Part shown: positions 12,279 to 19,919 of the stretch, piece by piece | Layout: each line of letters opens with the position of its first letter | Numbering within the stretch: the stretch's first letter is position 1 | NCBI GenBank assembly: GCA_964202905.1 | Contig: CAXNJO010000004.1 | Span: 256,001-320,000 of the forward strand | DNA length: 64,000 nt | Source: Polyangiales bacterium | GTDB lineage: Bacteria; Myxococcota_A; Polyangia; Polyangiales; JADJQN01 | Direction of reading: 5' to 3' | Program-made: the position numbers and the translations under genes | Notes under the pieces: model-generated | The model's database searches: none | Told to the model about the DNA's origin: nothing | What the model saw: only the letters and a program-made list of their open reading frames with translations

Positions 12279-12926
12279 TCAGGCGGCTGCGCTCGCCGCG
12301 TAGCCAGCCTCGCGTGCGTACGCCGTGAGCGCGTGCTGCAAGGCGCGACGCGCGCGATGCAAGCGCGACATCACCGTCCCGATCGGGCAGCCGAGCGCGT
12401 CGGCGGCCTCGCGGTAGCTCTGGTCGAGCAGGTCGACGCGCACGAGCACCGCGCGAAAATCCGCCGGCAGCGCCGCGAGCGCCGCGCTCACTTCGTCGCC
12501 GAGCGCGGCGCCGTCCGCCGCCTCCACACAGCACGGGCGCGTGGGCTCCGCGCCGACCTGCGCATGCACCTCGCGCTCGCGACGCTGCCGACGCCAGCCG
12601 TGGATGAACGTGTTGACGAGGATTCGGTGCAGCCATGCGCGCGCGCTCGAATCGGGCGCGAATTGCGCGCGGAACCGCCATGCGCGGAGCCCCGTCTCCT
12701 GAAGCAGATCGTCGGCCGACGCAGGGCTTCGCGTGAGGCGCAGCGCCGTCCCGCGGAGCTCTTCGAGCCGCGCGAGCACGGTGCGCGCGAAGTCGGCGTC
12801 CGCCCGCGCTCCCTCGTGCGCGACCGCCGCGCGCATCGGCGCGAGGGCGGGCGCGCAGCGGGGCCGCTTCGTGGTGCCGCGTCGCCTCTCGATGGCCGAT
12901 TTCGTCGTGGTCGCCCGCGTCGTCAT
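12279..12926 (-). CDS. ECF-type RNA polymerase sigma-70 factor
   Basis: Region 2 ADDLLQET..RAW..AWLHRILVN; region 4 SYREAADALGCPIGTVMSRLHRARRAL; GGAGG SD upstream. Confidence 0.9.
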   Translation of the reverse strand: MTTRATTTKSAIERRRGTTKRPRCAPALAPMRAAVAHEGARADADFARTVLARLEELRGTALRLTRSPASADDLLQETGLRAWRFRAQFAPDSSARAWLHRILVNTFIHGWRRQRREREVHAQVGAEPTRPCCVEAADGAALGDEVSAALAALPADFRAVLVRVDLLDQSYREAADALGCPIGTVMSRLHRARRALQHALTAYAREAGYAASAAA

Positions 12927-12959
12927 GGTGTGCCTCCGTCGCTCGACGACGCGGCGAAT

Positions 12960-12975
12960 CGCAACGCCCGTGCCA
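12960..12975 (-). promoter_or_regulatory. Sigma54 (-24/-12) promoter of the ECF sigma gene
   Basis: Minus strand TGGCACG-GGCG-TTGCG matches TGGCACG-N4-TTGC; predicted +1 near 12949, about 23 nt before the ATG. Confidence 0.75.
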
Positions 12976-13129
12976 GCGCCGACACGACGCCCGATCGCCG
13001 CAAACGCAAGCGAAACACCCCCTCTTCGCGGGCGCTGCGCGTCCGGCAGCGGTGTCAGGGTGTCCGGGCGACCGGGCCGAGACGCGTCATCTTGTCAGCG
13101 TCCGCGTGTCCACGTCGCCGCGCCGACGC

Positions 13130-14653
13130 TCAGGACGACGCTGCGCGCGCGACGCGGAGGGCGTCCGGCAGCGCGTCGGCGACCTCGTGCGCGAGCAGCC
13201 CGCGATCGGCCCGCGCGGCGAGCGTCCCGGCGAGCGCGTGCAACACGACGGCCGCCGCGACGGCGTCGATGAGCGAGACGTCCGCCCGCGTGGCGAGCTG
13301 CGCCGCGATCACCCCGGCGAGCACGTCGCCCGTCCCACCGACGCCGAGCGCGGGGGTCCCCTCGGCGCACACGCGCAGCGCGCCCCCCGGCGCCGCGACC
13401 ACGGTGCGCGCGCCCTTGAGCACCACGACGTGTCCGCTCTCGGCGACGAGCGCTCCGGCCGCGCCGTAGCGGTCGCCCTGCACCGCCGCCACGCTCGTGC
13501 CGAGCAGCCGCGCGGCCTCGGCGGGGTGCGGCGTGAGCACGCGTGGCGCCGCAACGTCCCTGAGTGCGGAGAGCCTGCCCTCGAGCGCCGTTAACGCGTC
13601 GGCGTCGAGCACGCAGGGCAGCGGAAGCGAAAGCGCGAGCCGACGCGCGAGGCCGTCCCCGGCGCCGAATCCGGGGCCGACGACGGCGGCCCGCTTCCCC
13701 GTGCAAAGGGCGAGCGCGGCCACGAACGCCGCCTCCGCCTCGGCGGGGAGCGCGACGCTCATCAACTCGAGAATCTTCGCGTCGATCGCGGCGCGCGCCT
13801 CCGGCCGGGGCGCGAGGGTCACGAGCCCGGCGCCACCCCGGATCGCCCCGAGCCCGGCGAGCACCGCGGCGCCCGTGTGCCCCGAGGAGCCTGCGAAGAG
13901 CACGACGTGCCCCGCCGTCCCCTTGTGCGCGTCGGCGGCGCGCACGGGCACGAGCGACGCGACGTCGCGACGATCGACGCATTGCGCAGGGACGTCGACG
14001 GGCACCGGCGCGCCGATCGGCGCGACGAACACCTCGCCGGCGCAGTCGACGCCGGGGTGCTGATGCAAGCCCAGCTTGTGCGCCGCAAACGTGACGGTGA
14101 GCGCGGCGCGCACCGCGACACCGAGCACTGCGCCCGAGTCCGCGTCGATGCCCGAGGGCAGATCGAGCGCGACGGTGGGCGCAGCGGCGGCGTTGAGGCG
14201 CGCGACGACCTCGGCGGGCAAGCCAGCGACGGGTCGATCGAGCCCCGTGCCGTAGAGCCCGTCGACGCAGAGCGTCGCGTCCCGCAGGGCCGCGTCGAGG
14301 GCCGGCAGCGCCGCCTCGCTCGCGATGAACGTCACCGGCACGCCGAGCGCGCACAGCGCGTCGAGGTTCGTGCGTGCGTCGCCGCGCACCTTTTCTGCAG
14401 TCGCGATGCAGAAGCAACTCGGATGCAATCCTCGCAGGAACAGGTGTCGCGCGACGACCCACGCGTCGCCGCCGTTCTGCCCCGGCCCACCGACGACGCA
14501 CACGCGTGCGAGGCGCTCCGGGAACCGCGCGACGAGCGCGGCGGTGGCCCCCGCGCCGGCGTTCTCCATGAGCACCGCGCTGCTCAGACCGAGAGACGCG
14601 ATGGCGTGTCGATCGAGGCTGCGGGCGGCCTCGCGCGTGTAGAGCGGCGTCAC
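13130..14653 (-). CDS. nnr: Bifunctional NAD(P)H-hydrate epimerase/dehydratase (YjeF)
   Basis: LMENAG, GQNGGD, DGLYGTG, DLPSG, HKG, GAGLV, VLDADAL, LTPHPAEAARL, VVLKGA, GGTGDVLAG. Confidence 0.93.
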   Translation of the reverse strand: MTPLYTREAARSLDRHAIASLGLSSAVLMENAGAGATAALVARFPERLARVCVVGGPGQNGGDAWVVARHLFLRGLHPSCFCIATAEKVRGDARTNLDALCALGVPVTFIASEAALPALDAALRDATLCVDGLYGTGLDRPVAGLPAEVVARLNAAAAPTVALDLPSGIDADSGAVLGVAVRAALTVTFAAHKLGLHQHPGVDCAGEVFVAPIGAPVPVDVPAQCVDRRDVASLVPVRAADAHKGTAGHVVLFAGSSGHTGAAVLAGLGAIRGGAGLVTLAPRPEARAAIDAKILELMSVALPAEAEAAFVAALALCTGKRAAVVGPGFGAGDGLARRLALSLPLPCVLDADALTALEGRLSALRDVAAPRVLTPHPAEAARLLGTSVAAVQGDRYGAAGALVAESGHVVVLKGARTVVAAPGGALRVCAEGTPALGVGGTGDVLAGVIAAQLATRADVSLIDAVAAAVVLHALAGTLAARADRGLLAHEVADALPDALRVARAASS

Positions 14654-14666
14654 GCGGCGCCCGCGC

Positions 14667-15431
14667 TCAACGACGGACTCCGGCCCGCGCGGCGACGCCC
14701 TCGGCCATCGCGGCGAGGAAGCGCACGACGGCGCGCTCGAGGCCGACGAGCACCGCGTCCGACACGATCGCGTGCCCGACGTTCAGCTCCGCGACGTGCG
14801 GTGCGGCCGCGACGAGCGCCGCGACGTTGCGCAACGACAACCCGTGCCCGGCCGCGACGCGCAGCGCAGGCGCCTCGCGCGCCGCGAGCTCCGAAGCATC
14901 GATGAGGCGGCGCAGCTCGGAGGCCGTCTTGACCTCGCCGCGCGCGTCGGCGTAGTCGCCGGTGTGGAGCTCGATCGCGGACGCGCCGGTGGCGACGCTC
15001 GCGCGGATCTGCTCGGCATCCGGGTCGATGAAGAGGCTCGTCGGGACACCAGCCGCGGCGAGCCGCGCGACGGCATCTCGGATCGCGGCGGCGTTTCCCG
15101 CGACGTCGAGGCCGCCCTCGGTGGTGCGCTCGGCGCGCTTTTCGGGGACGAGCGTCACGAGGTCGGGCCGGAGCCGCTCGGCGAGGGCGAGCATCGCGTC
15201 GGTGGCCGCCATCTCGAGGTTGAGCAGCGTCTTGACGGTGCGACGGAGGACCTCGACGTCGCGGTCCTGAATGTGCCGCCGGTCCTCGCGCAGGTGGACC
15301 GTGATGCCGTGCGCGCCCGCAAGCTCGCAGAGCACGGCGGCGTCGATGGGGTCGGGATACGCCGTACCCCGGGCCTGCCGAAGCGTCGCGACGTGGTCGA
15401 CGTTGACGTGGAGTCGGGGGGCGCTCGCCAT
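14667..15431 (-). CDS. pdxJ: Pyridoxine 5'-phosphate synthase
   Basis: [63 protein letters not shown]. Confidence 0.96.
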   Translation of the reverse strand: MASAPRLHVNVDHVATLRQARGTAYPDPIDAAVLCELAGAHGITVHLREDRRHIQDRDVEVLRRTVKTLLNLEMAATDAMLALAERLRPDLVTLVPEKRAERTTEGGLDVAGNAAAIRDAVARLAAAGVPTSLFIDPDAEQIRASVATGASAIELHTGDYADARGEVKTASELRRLIDASELAAREAPALRVAAGHGLSLRNVAALVAAAPHVAELNVGHAIVSDAVLVGLERAVVRFLAAMAEGVAARAGVRR

Positions 15432-15506
15432 GGGGCGCCCAACGTACACCCGCCCCGCGCGACGGGCACGTTCGCGCGCGCTGCCGATGGCGCGATCGCC
15501 CTGCGG

Positions 15507-16265
15507 CTAGACCGCGAGCTCGTCGCCGTCTTCCGCGAGGTGCAGCCACCCCCCGTAGCCGGCGGCGCGGACCTCGCGCTCGCGGTCGACCGCGTCGCAC
15601 TGGGGATAGAAATGCGTGAGCGCGAGGCGCGCGACGCCGGCTGCGCACGCGACCTCCGCGGCGGTGCGCGTCGTCAGGTGTCCGGTCGAGGCGCGGGAGG
15701 CGGGGTAGCTGCACTCGAGGAGCGCGAGGTCCGCGCCGCGGCACAAGTCGACGAGCGCCTCGCAGGGGCCGCTGTCGCCGCTGAACGCGAGGGTGCGTCC
15801 GTCGACCTGAACGCGGAAGCCGAGCGCCCCTTCGACGTGGCGCACCGTGCGCGCCTCGACGCGGAAGGGACCGATCTCGAGGGTCGCGCCGTCGGCGAGC
15901 TCGAGGCCGCGCACCGCGCCGTGCCGGTCCATCACGGCCGGTCCGTGGAGCGCGGCGAGCGCCGCGAGGTGGGCGAGGTGCCCCACGGGCCCGCCGAGCA
16001 CGAGCGGGGTGGTCACCGGGGGCTCCGGGACGTTTCGGGCGAACAACACGGCCGCGAGATCGCACACGTGGTCCACGTGGTGGTGCGACACGAGCACGGC
16101 GCGCGCCGTCTCGAGCGTGATCCCGTGCCGTGGCCAGCGGCGCGTCGAGCCCGGCCCGCACTCGAGCAGGAGCGCGGTGCCGTCCGGGGCGAGGCATGCG
16201 TAGCCGCTCGCGCCGCGCGTGAGCGTCGGCAGCGCCGTGCCGGAGCCGAGCACCGCGAGCTTCAC
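15507..16265 (-). CDS. MBL-fold metallohydrolase, RNase Z-like
   Basis: VLGSGT, SHHHVDH (HxHxDH), FSGDSG, LLECSY, GHLT, LTHFY. Confidence 0.85.
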   Translation of the reverse strand: MKLAVLGSGTALPTLTRGASGYACLAPDGTALLLECGPGSTRRWPRHGITLETARAVLVSHHHVDHVCDLAAVLFARNVPEPPVTTPLVLGGPVGHLAHLAALAALHGPAVMDRHGAVRGLELADGATLEIGPFRVEARTVRHVEGALGFRVQVDGRTLAFSGDSGPCEALVDLCRGADLALLECSYPASRASTGHLTTRTAAEVACAAGVARLALTHFYPQCDAVDREREVRAAGYGGWLHLAEDGDELAV

Positions 16266-16277
16266 GCGGCGCGACGC

Positions 16278-16817
16278 TCAGTCGACGGGCAGCGCGAGCG
16301 CGAGCGTGCGCTGGTCGGGCATGCAGTTTTCATCGGTGCACACCGCAAAATCGACCTGAAGCTCGACGTTGCGCTCACCGGCGGCCGCCGGCGTGAAGGG
16401 AACCTCGAAGCGTGCGCGCGTGGCGCCGAACTCGACGGCGTCCGCGCGCTGGAGCAGCGACTTCGGGAGCGTCACGCCCTCGGGGGCCCGGACCGTGACG
16501 CGGATCGGGTATTCCTCGTTCACGTGGTAGCCGCCGGACGGCGTGAGGGCGACGCCGAAGTACCCGACCTGCCCGGCCTTGTAGCGGCCCGACACGGCCG
16601 CCCGGAGTTCGAACCCCGTGTCGGTGACCACGGGCCCGGCGGGCGCGGCGGTACCACCGCCCGTCGGGGGCGGCGTCGGCGGCGTCGGCGTCGCAGCGGG
16701 CGTCGGCGCGGCGGGCGGCGGCGGCGTGGCGGGGGTCTCACCGGAGCTGCAGGCCGCGACGAGCGCCGCGGCGGCGAAGAGCGTGGGGAGGAGCGTGCGC
16801 GACGTCGTCTTCGTCAT
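16278..16817 (-). CDS. Lipoprotein with DsbD N-terminal (alpha)-like domain
   Basis: Lipobox LVAAC, Pro-rich linker, GYHVNEEYP and FAVCTDENCMP (Cys pair). Confidence 0.6.
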   Translation of the reverse strand: MTKTTSRTLLPTLFAAAALVAACSSGETPATPPPPAAPTPAATPTPPTPPPTGGGTAAPAGPVVTDTGFELRAAVSGRYKAGQVGYFGVALTPSGGYHVNEEYPIRVTVRAPEGVTLPKSLLQRADAVEFGATRARFEVPFTPAAAGERNVELQVDFAVCTDENCMPDQRTLALALPVD

Positions 16818-16857
16818 GGTGCGGCTGGTTTTAGCACAAGCTGCTAGCGTCCAAACC

Positions 16858-17505
16858 GTGCGTCGCGCTCGTCGATTCGCCGGCCACGCCCCGGCCGTGC
16901 TCGCCTGGGCGTCCCTGGCGGGCGCGTGCGGCGCCGGCCCTGCGCCTTGCGGAGACGAAGCCGACTGCCCGACCGGCACGGTGTGCCAGCCCTCCGGACG
17001 CTGTGAGCCGCTCGCCCTCGATCCCGTGTTGCGCGCGGCGCGGGCCATGCGCTTGCTGCCGGTCGCGGCACGCGCGGTGCCGTCGCAGGCGGATGCCGGC
17101 GAGGCGTACCGGCTCGGCGGCCCGACCCATGCCGTCGTCCTCCTCTCGTTCACTGCGCTGCCACCCGGCGCGCACGAAGCGACCGCCGAGCTCGTGCTCA
17201 CCCCGGACCCCGCGTCGGCGGCGCCGGGCCAGGACCGGCTGCTCGTCGTCGATCGGGTGCGCCCCCCAGGCCGCACCGGAGACCCCGCTGTCTTCATGGC
17301 CCGCGTCGCCGAGCGCGTCATCGGTCCCGACTCGCGCGGCCGGTATCGCGTGGACATGACGGCCTTGGTCCGCGCGTGCGCCCGAGCTGGCGCGCTCACC
17401 CTCGACGTCGCGCTGCGCGTCGAGGGCGATGGCGCGCTGCGGGTCCTCTCGGCCACAGCACCCGAACATGCGGACCGACCGCGCCTCGAGGTCTACGTCC
17501 CTTGA
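16858..17505 (+). CDS. Hypothetical lipoprotein (Cys-rich unit plus DNRLRE/CBM96-like beta domain)
   Basis: Lipobox SLAGAC; CxxxxDCPxGxVC unit; LLSF..LP..ATAEL.L; C-terminal LSAT..RPRLEV. Start approximate. Confidence 0.5.
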   Translation: MRRARRFAGHAPAVLAWASLAGACGAGPAPCGDEADCPTGTVCQPSGRCEPLALDPVLRAARAMRLLPVAARAVPSQADAGEAYRLGGPTHAVVLLSFTALPPGAHEATAELVLTPDPASAAPGQDRLLVVDRVRPPGRTGDPAVFMARVAERVIGPDSRGRYRVDMTALVRACARAGALTLDVALRVEGDGALRVLSATAPEHADRPRLEVYVP

Positions 17506-17520
17506 GCCGCGCGCGCCGGG

Positions 17521-18345
17521 CTACTCGATCGTGCAGATGGCGCGGGCGCGTTTGATCCGCAGCACGAGGCACTCGTAGACGCGGAAGGGGAAGTCCTGAT
17601 CGCGCTCGCCGAGGTAGGCGACGGTGAGGTCCTCAGTCACGGCGATGTCGAAGTTCTGATCGCCCGTGGAGAGCAGCACCGAGCGGCCCTCGGGGATCGC
17701 GGGTGAGGTGTACACGCCGTCGTCGCAGAGTCGGAGGATCGCGTCGAGTTCCGGCGCGAACTGCCCTTCCCGCTGCTGGACGAGGCGCGCGTAGTCCTTC
17801 GCCGACACGGCGAGCGCGAAGGGCCGGTGGTGGTTGTGCTCGAGCAGGGTCTCGGTCGCTTTCACGACGTCGCGGTAGGCGGTACCGTAGTCGGACCAAT
17901 CCCCACGCTTGACGACGTTGCGGCCGGGCGCGTCGAGCAGGCCGTGGATGCCGAAGCGCGGTTCACCTTGGAAGATCAGCTGATCTTCGCGGTCCGCGAC
18001 GAAGTGCGCGGCGCGCACCGCACGCGAGGCGTCGATCGGCGCGCCGAGCTTTCGCGAGAGCTCGACGTCCCGCCAATGCAGGACGAAATCCTTGTAGAGG
18101 ATGGGGACCCGCACGTACTTCTCGCGCTCGGCCACGATCGGCTCTGGGTCGTGCTTGCCCGTGAGCTCGATCTCCGCCTCGCGATCCGGGCCGTACTCCT
18201 CGAGCGCGATCGACTCGATCCCCGCACCGAGCGGGCCGTAGAGCCCGAGGAAGCGGCGACCGACGAGCGTGCGACGCGCCTCGCGCACGCACTCGTCGAC
18301 GATCAGGGAGAGCTGCGATTCGTTGAGCGGGTTCGCGTTCGTCAT
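17521..18345 (-). CDS. Family 1 encapsulin nanocompartment shell protein (Linocin M18/EncA-like)
   Basis: 274 aa; NPL..ARRTLVGRRFLGLYGPLGAG, VPILYKDFVLHWRDVE, EDQLIFQG..GLL, FDIAVTEDL..YLG, FRVYECLVLRIKRARAICTIE. Confidence 0.93.
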   Translation of the reverse strand: MTNANPLNESQLSLIVDECVREARRTLVGRRFLGLYGPLGAGIESIALEEYGPDREAEIELTGKHDPEPIVAEREKYVRVPILYKDFVLHWRDVELSRKLGAPIDASRAVRAAHFVADREDQLIFQGEPRFGIHGLLDAPGRNVVKRGDWSDYGTAYRDVVKATETLLEHNHHRPFALAVSAKDYARLVQQREGQFAPELDAILRLCDDGVYTSPAIPEGRSVLLSTGDQNFDIAVTEDLTVAYLGERDQDFPFRVYECLVLRIKRARAICTIE

Positions 18346-18370
18346 CGGTCTCCGGAGCGTGAAAGCGGGA

Positions 18371-18733
18371 CTAGCGGCTGCGCAACGAGCCGACGGTGCG
18401 GCGCGCAGCGGAGGCCTCGGCAGAGGGGGCGGCGATGCCGGGCGCATCGCGCAGCGAGCCCACCGTGAGTCGCGCCGGGTGCGCGCCGCGGCCCGCCGGG
18501 GGAGCGCTCGCGCCCCGAGCCGGACCACGCACCCGGACCCCGGCCTCGGCGGCGATCGCGGCGAGTTTCTCGTCCTCTTCCTCGAGGAGATGGGCGATCA
18601 GGGTCGCGCGCGTCTCGGGCGACATGCCCGGGTCTCGCGCGATCTGCGCGAGGATCGGTGCGTGCTCGGCCTTCAGCGCCTGCATCCCCGAGATGGCGCC
18701 CTCGAGACCGCTCGCACCCGGCTCCGTTCTCAT
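18371..18733 (-). CDS. Encapsulin cargo protein with two targeting peptides
   Basis: 25 nt upstream of the shell gene; LTVGSLR (18469-18449) and C-terminal RTVGSLRSR; helical core LKAEH...LIAHLLEEEDEK. Confidence 0.85.
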   Translation of the reverse strand: MRTEPGASGLEGAISGMQALKAEHAPILAQIARDPGMSPETRATLIAHLLEEEDEKLAAIAAEAGVRVRGPARGASAPPAGRGAHPARLTVGSLRDAPGIAAPSAEASAARRTVGSLRSR

Positions 18734-18741
18734 GCGGCGGC

Positions 18742-18770
18742 AGTGTCGTCGGGCCGTCGATCGCCGTCAA
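18742..18770 (-). promoter_or_regulatory. Possible sigma70 promoter (near-leaderless) of the cargo-encapsulin operon
   Basis: TTGACG-N17-GACACT ending 8 nt before the cargo ATG; no SD visible. Confidence 0.35.
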
Positions 18771-18826
18771 CTGCACGGCGCTCCACCGCTTGCGGCGCAG
18801 ACACGTGCAGCCCATGTTCGTCGGCG

Positions 18827-19864
18827 GTGAGCGCCCGCGAGACCACGCCCCGAAGCCGGACCGCTGCGAGCCACGACCACGCACTCCACGGCCACGCGGG
18901 TCACGGCCACGCGCATCACGACCACGAGGGCCACGCGCACCACGACCACGCGGGTCACGCGCATGTCGGCCCGGGAACGCCTCGGCGCGCGCTCGCCATC
19001 GCGCTCGGGCTCACGGCCTCGTTCATGGGCGTAGAGGTCGCCGTCGGCGTGTGGTCGGGGAGTCTCTCGCTCCTCGCGGACGCCGGCCACATGCTCAGCG
19101 ACGCGACGGCGCTCGTCGCCTCTCTCGTCGTCGCGCACATCGCCGCGAGACCGCGGTCGCCGCGCAACACCTACGGCTACCGCAGGGCCGAGGTGATCGC
19201 GGCGCTGCTGAACGCGGCCCTGCTCGCCGTCGCGGCAATCGCGATCGTGCGGGAGGCCGCCGAGCGGATCGCGGCCCCGCCGCTCGTGCATGGGCAGGGG
19301 ATGATGGCCACGGCCGCGGGCGGGCTCGTCGTCAATCTCCTCGCGGCCTGGGTGCTCCACCACCAGGGCGGGGGCGGTCTCAACGTGCGGAGCGCGCTCT
19401 TCCACGTGCTCGGCGACGCGCTCGGCTCCGTGGCCGCGATGGCCGCGGGCGCGGTCGTGCTCACGACGGGTTGGCGCCTCGCGGATCCGCTCGCGTCGCT
19501 CGGCATCGCGGTGTTGCTCATCGGGGGCGTGTGGCACCTCGTGCGCGAGGCGACCGGCGTGATCATGGAGGCGGCGCCTCCGCACCTCGACACGCTCGCC
19601 CTCGAGGGCGCGATCCGCGGCACAGCGGGCGTCGAGAGCGTGCACGACCTGCACGTGTGGTCGCTGACGGCGGGCGCGCCGGTGCTCACGGCGCACGTCG
19701 TCCTCACGCACGGCGCGCACGGGACGGACGTGGCGCGCGCGGTCGGCGAGATGCTCCGCGAGCGCTTCGCGATCGCCCACGCCACCATCCAGCCTGAGGC
19801 GCCGGAGGCCGCGCTCGTGTCCCTCCGGCGCAAACCCCCGCGCGAGGGCTCGACGGCCGCGTGA
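18827..19864 (+). CDS. Cation diffusion facilitator (CzcD/ZitB-like) with His-rich N-terminus
   Basis: 15 His in SHDHALHGHAGHGHAHHDHEGHAHHDHAGHAH; LLADAGHMLSD, TYGYRRAEV, NVRSALFHVLGD, VHDLHVW, HATIQPE. Confidence 0.92.
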   Translation: MSARETTPRSRTAASHDHALHGHAGHGHAHHDHEGHAHHDHAGHAHVGPGTPRRALAIALGLTASFMGVEVAVGVWSGSLSLLADAGHMLSDATALVASLVVAHIAARPRSPRNTYGYRRAEVIAALLNAALLAVAAIAIVREAAERIAAPPLVHGQGMMATAAGGLVVNLLAAWVLHHQGGGGLNVRSALFHVLGDALGSVAAMAAGAVVLTTGWRLADPLASLGIAVLLIGGVWHLVREATGVIMEAAPPHLDTLALEGAIRGTAGVESVHDLHVWSLTAGAPVLTAHVVLTHGAHGTDVARAVGEMLRERFAIAHATIQPEAPEAALVSLRRKPPREGSTAA

Positions 19865-19919
19865 ACACGCGGCTTCCGTTCGGGCCACAACACCCCGAAA
19901 ACACAAACGTTCTGCCGCA

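Noticed and set aside
17521..18345. Prophage capsid (HK97 fold)
   Set aside because: No terminase, portal or integrase nearby; the upstream gene has encapsulin targeting peptides.
19808..19832. ALVSLRR at the CDF C-terminus as an encapsulin targeting peptide
   Set aside because: Lacks the TVG core, and an integral membrane protein is an implausible cargo.
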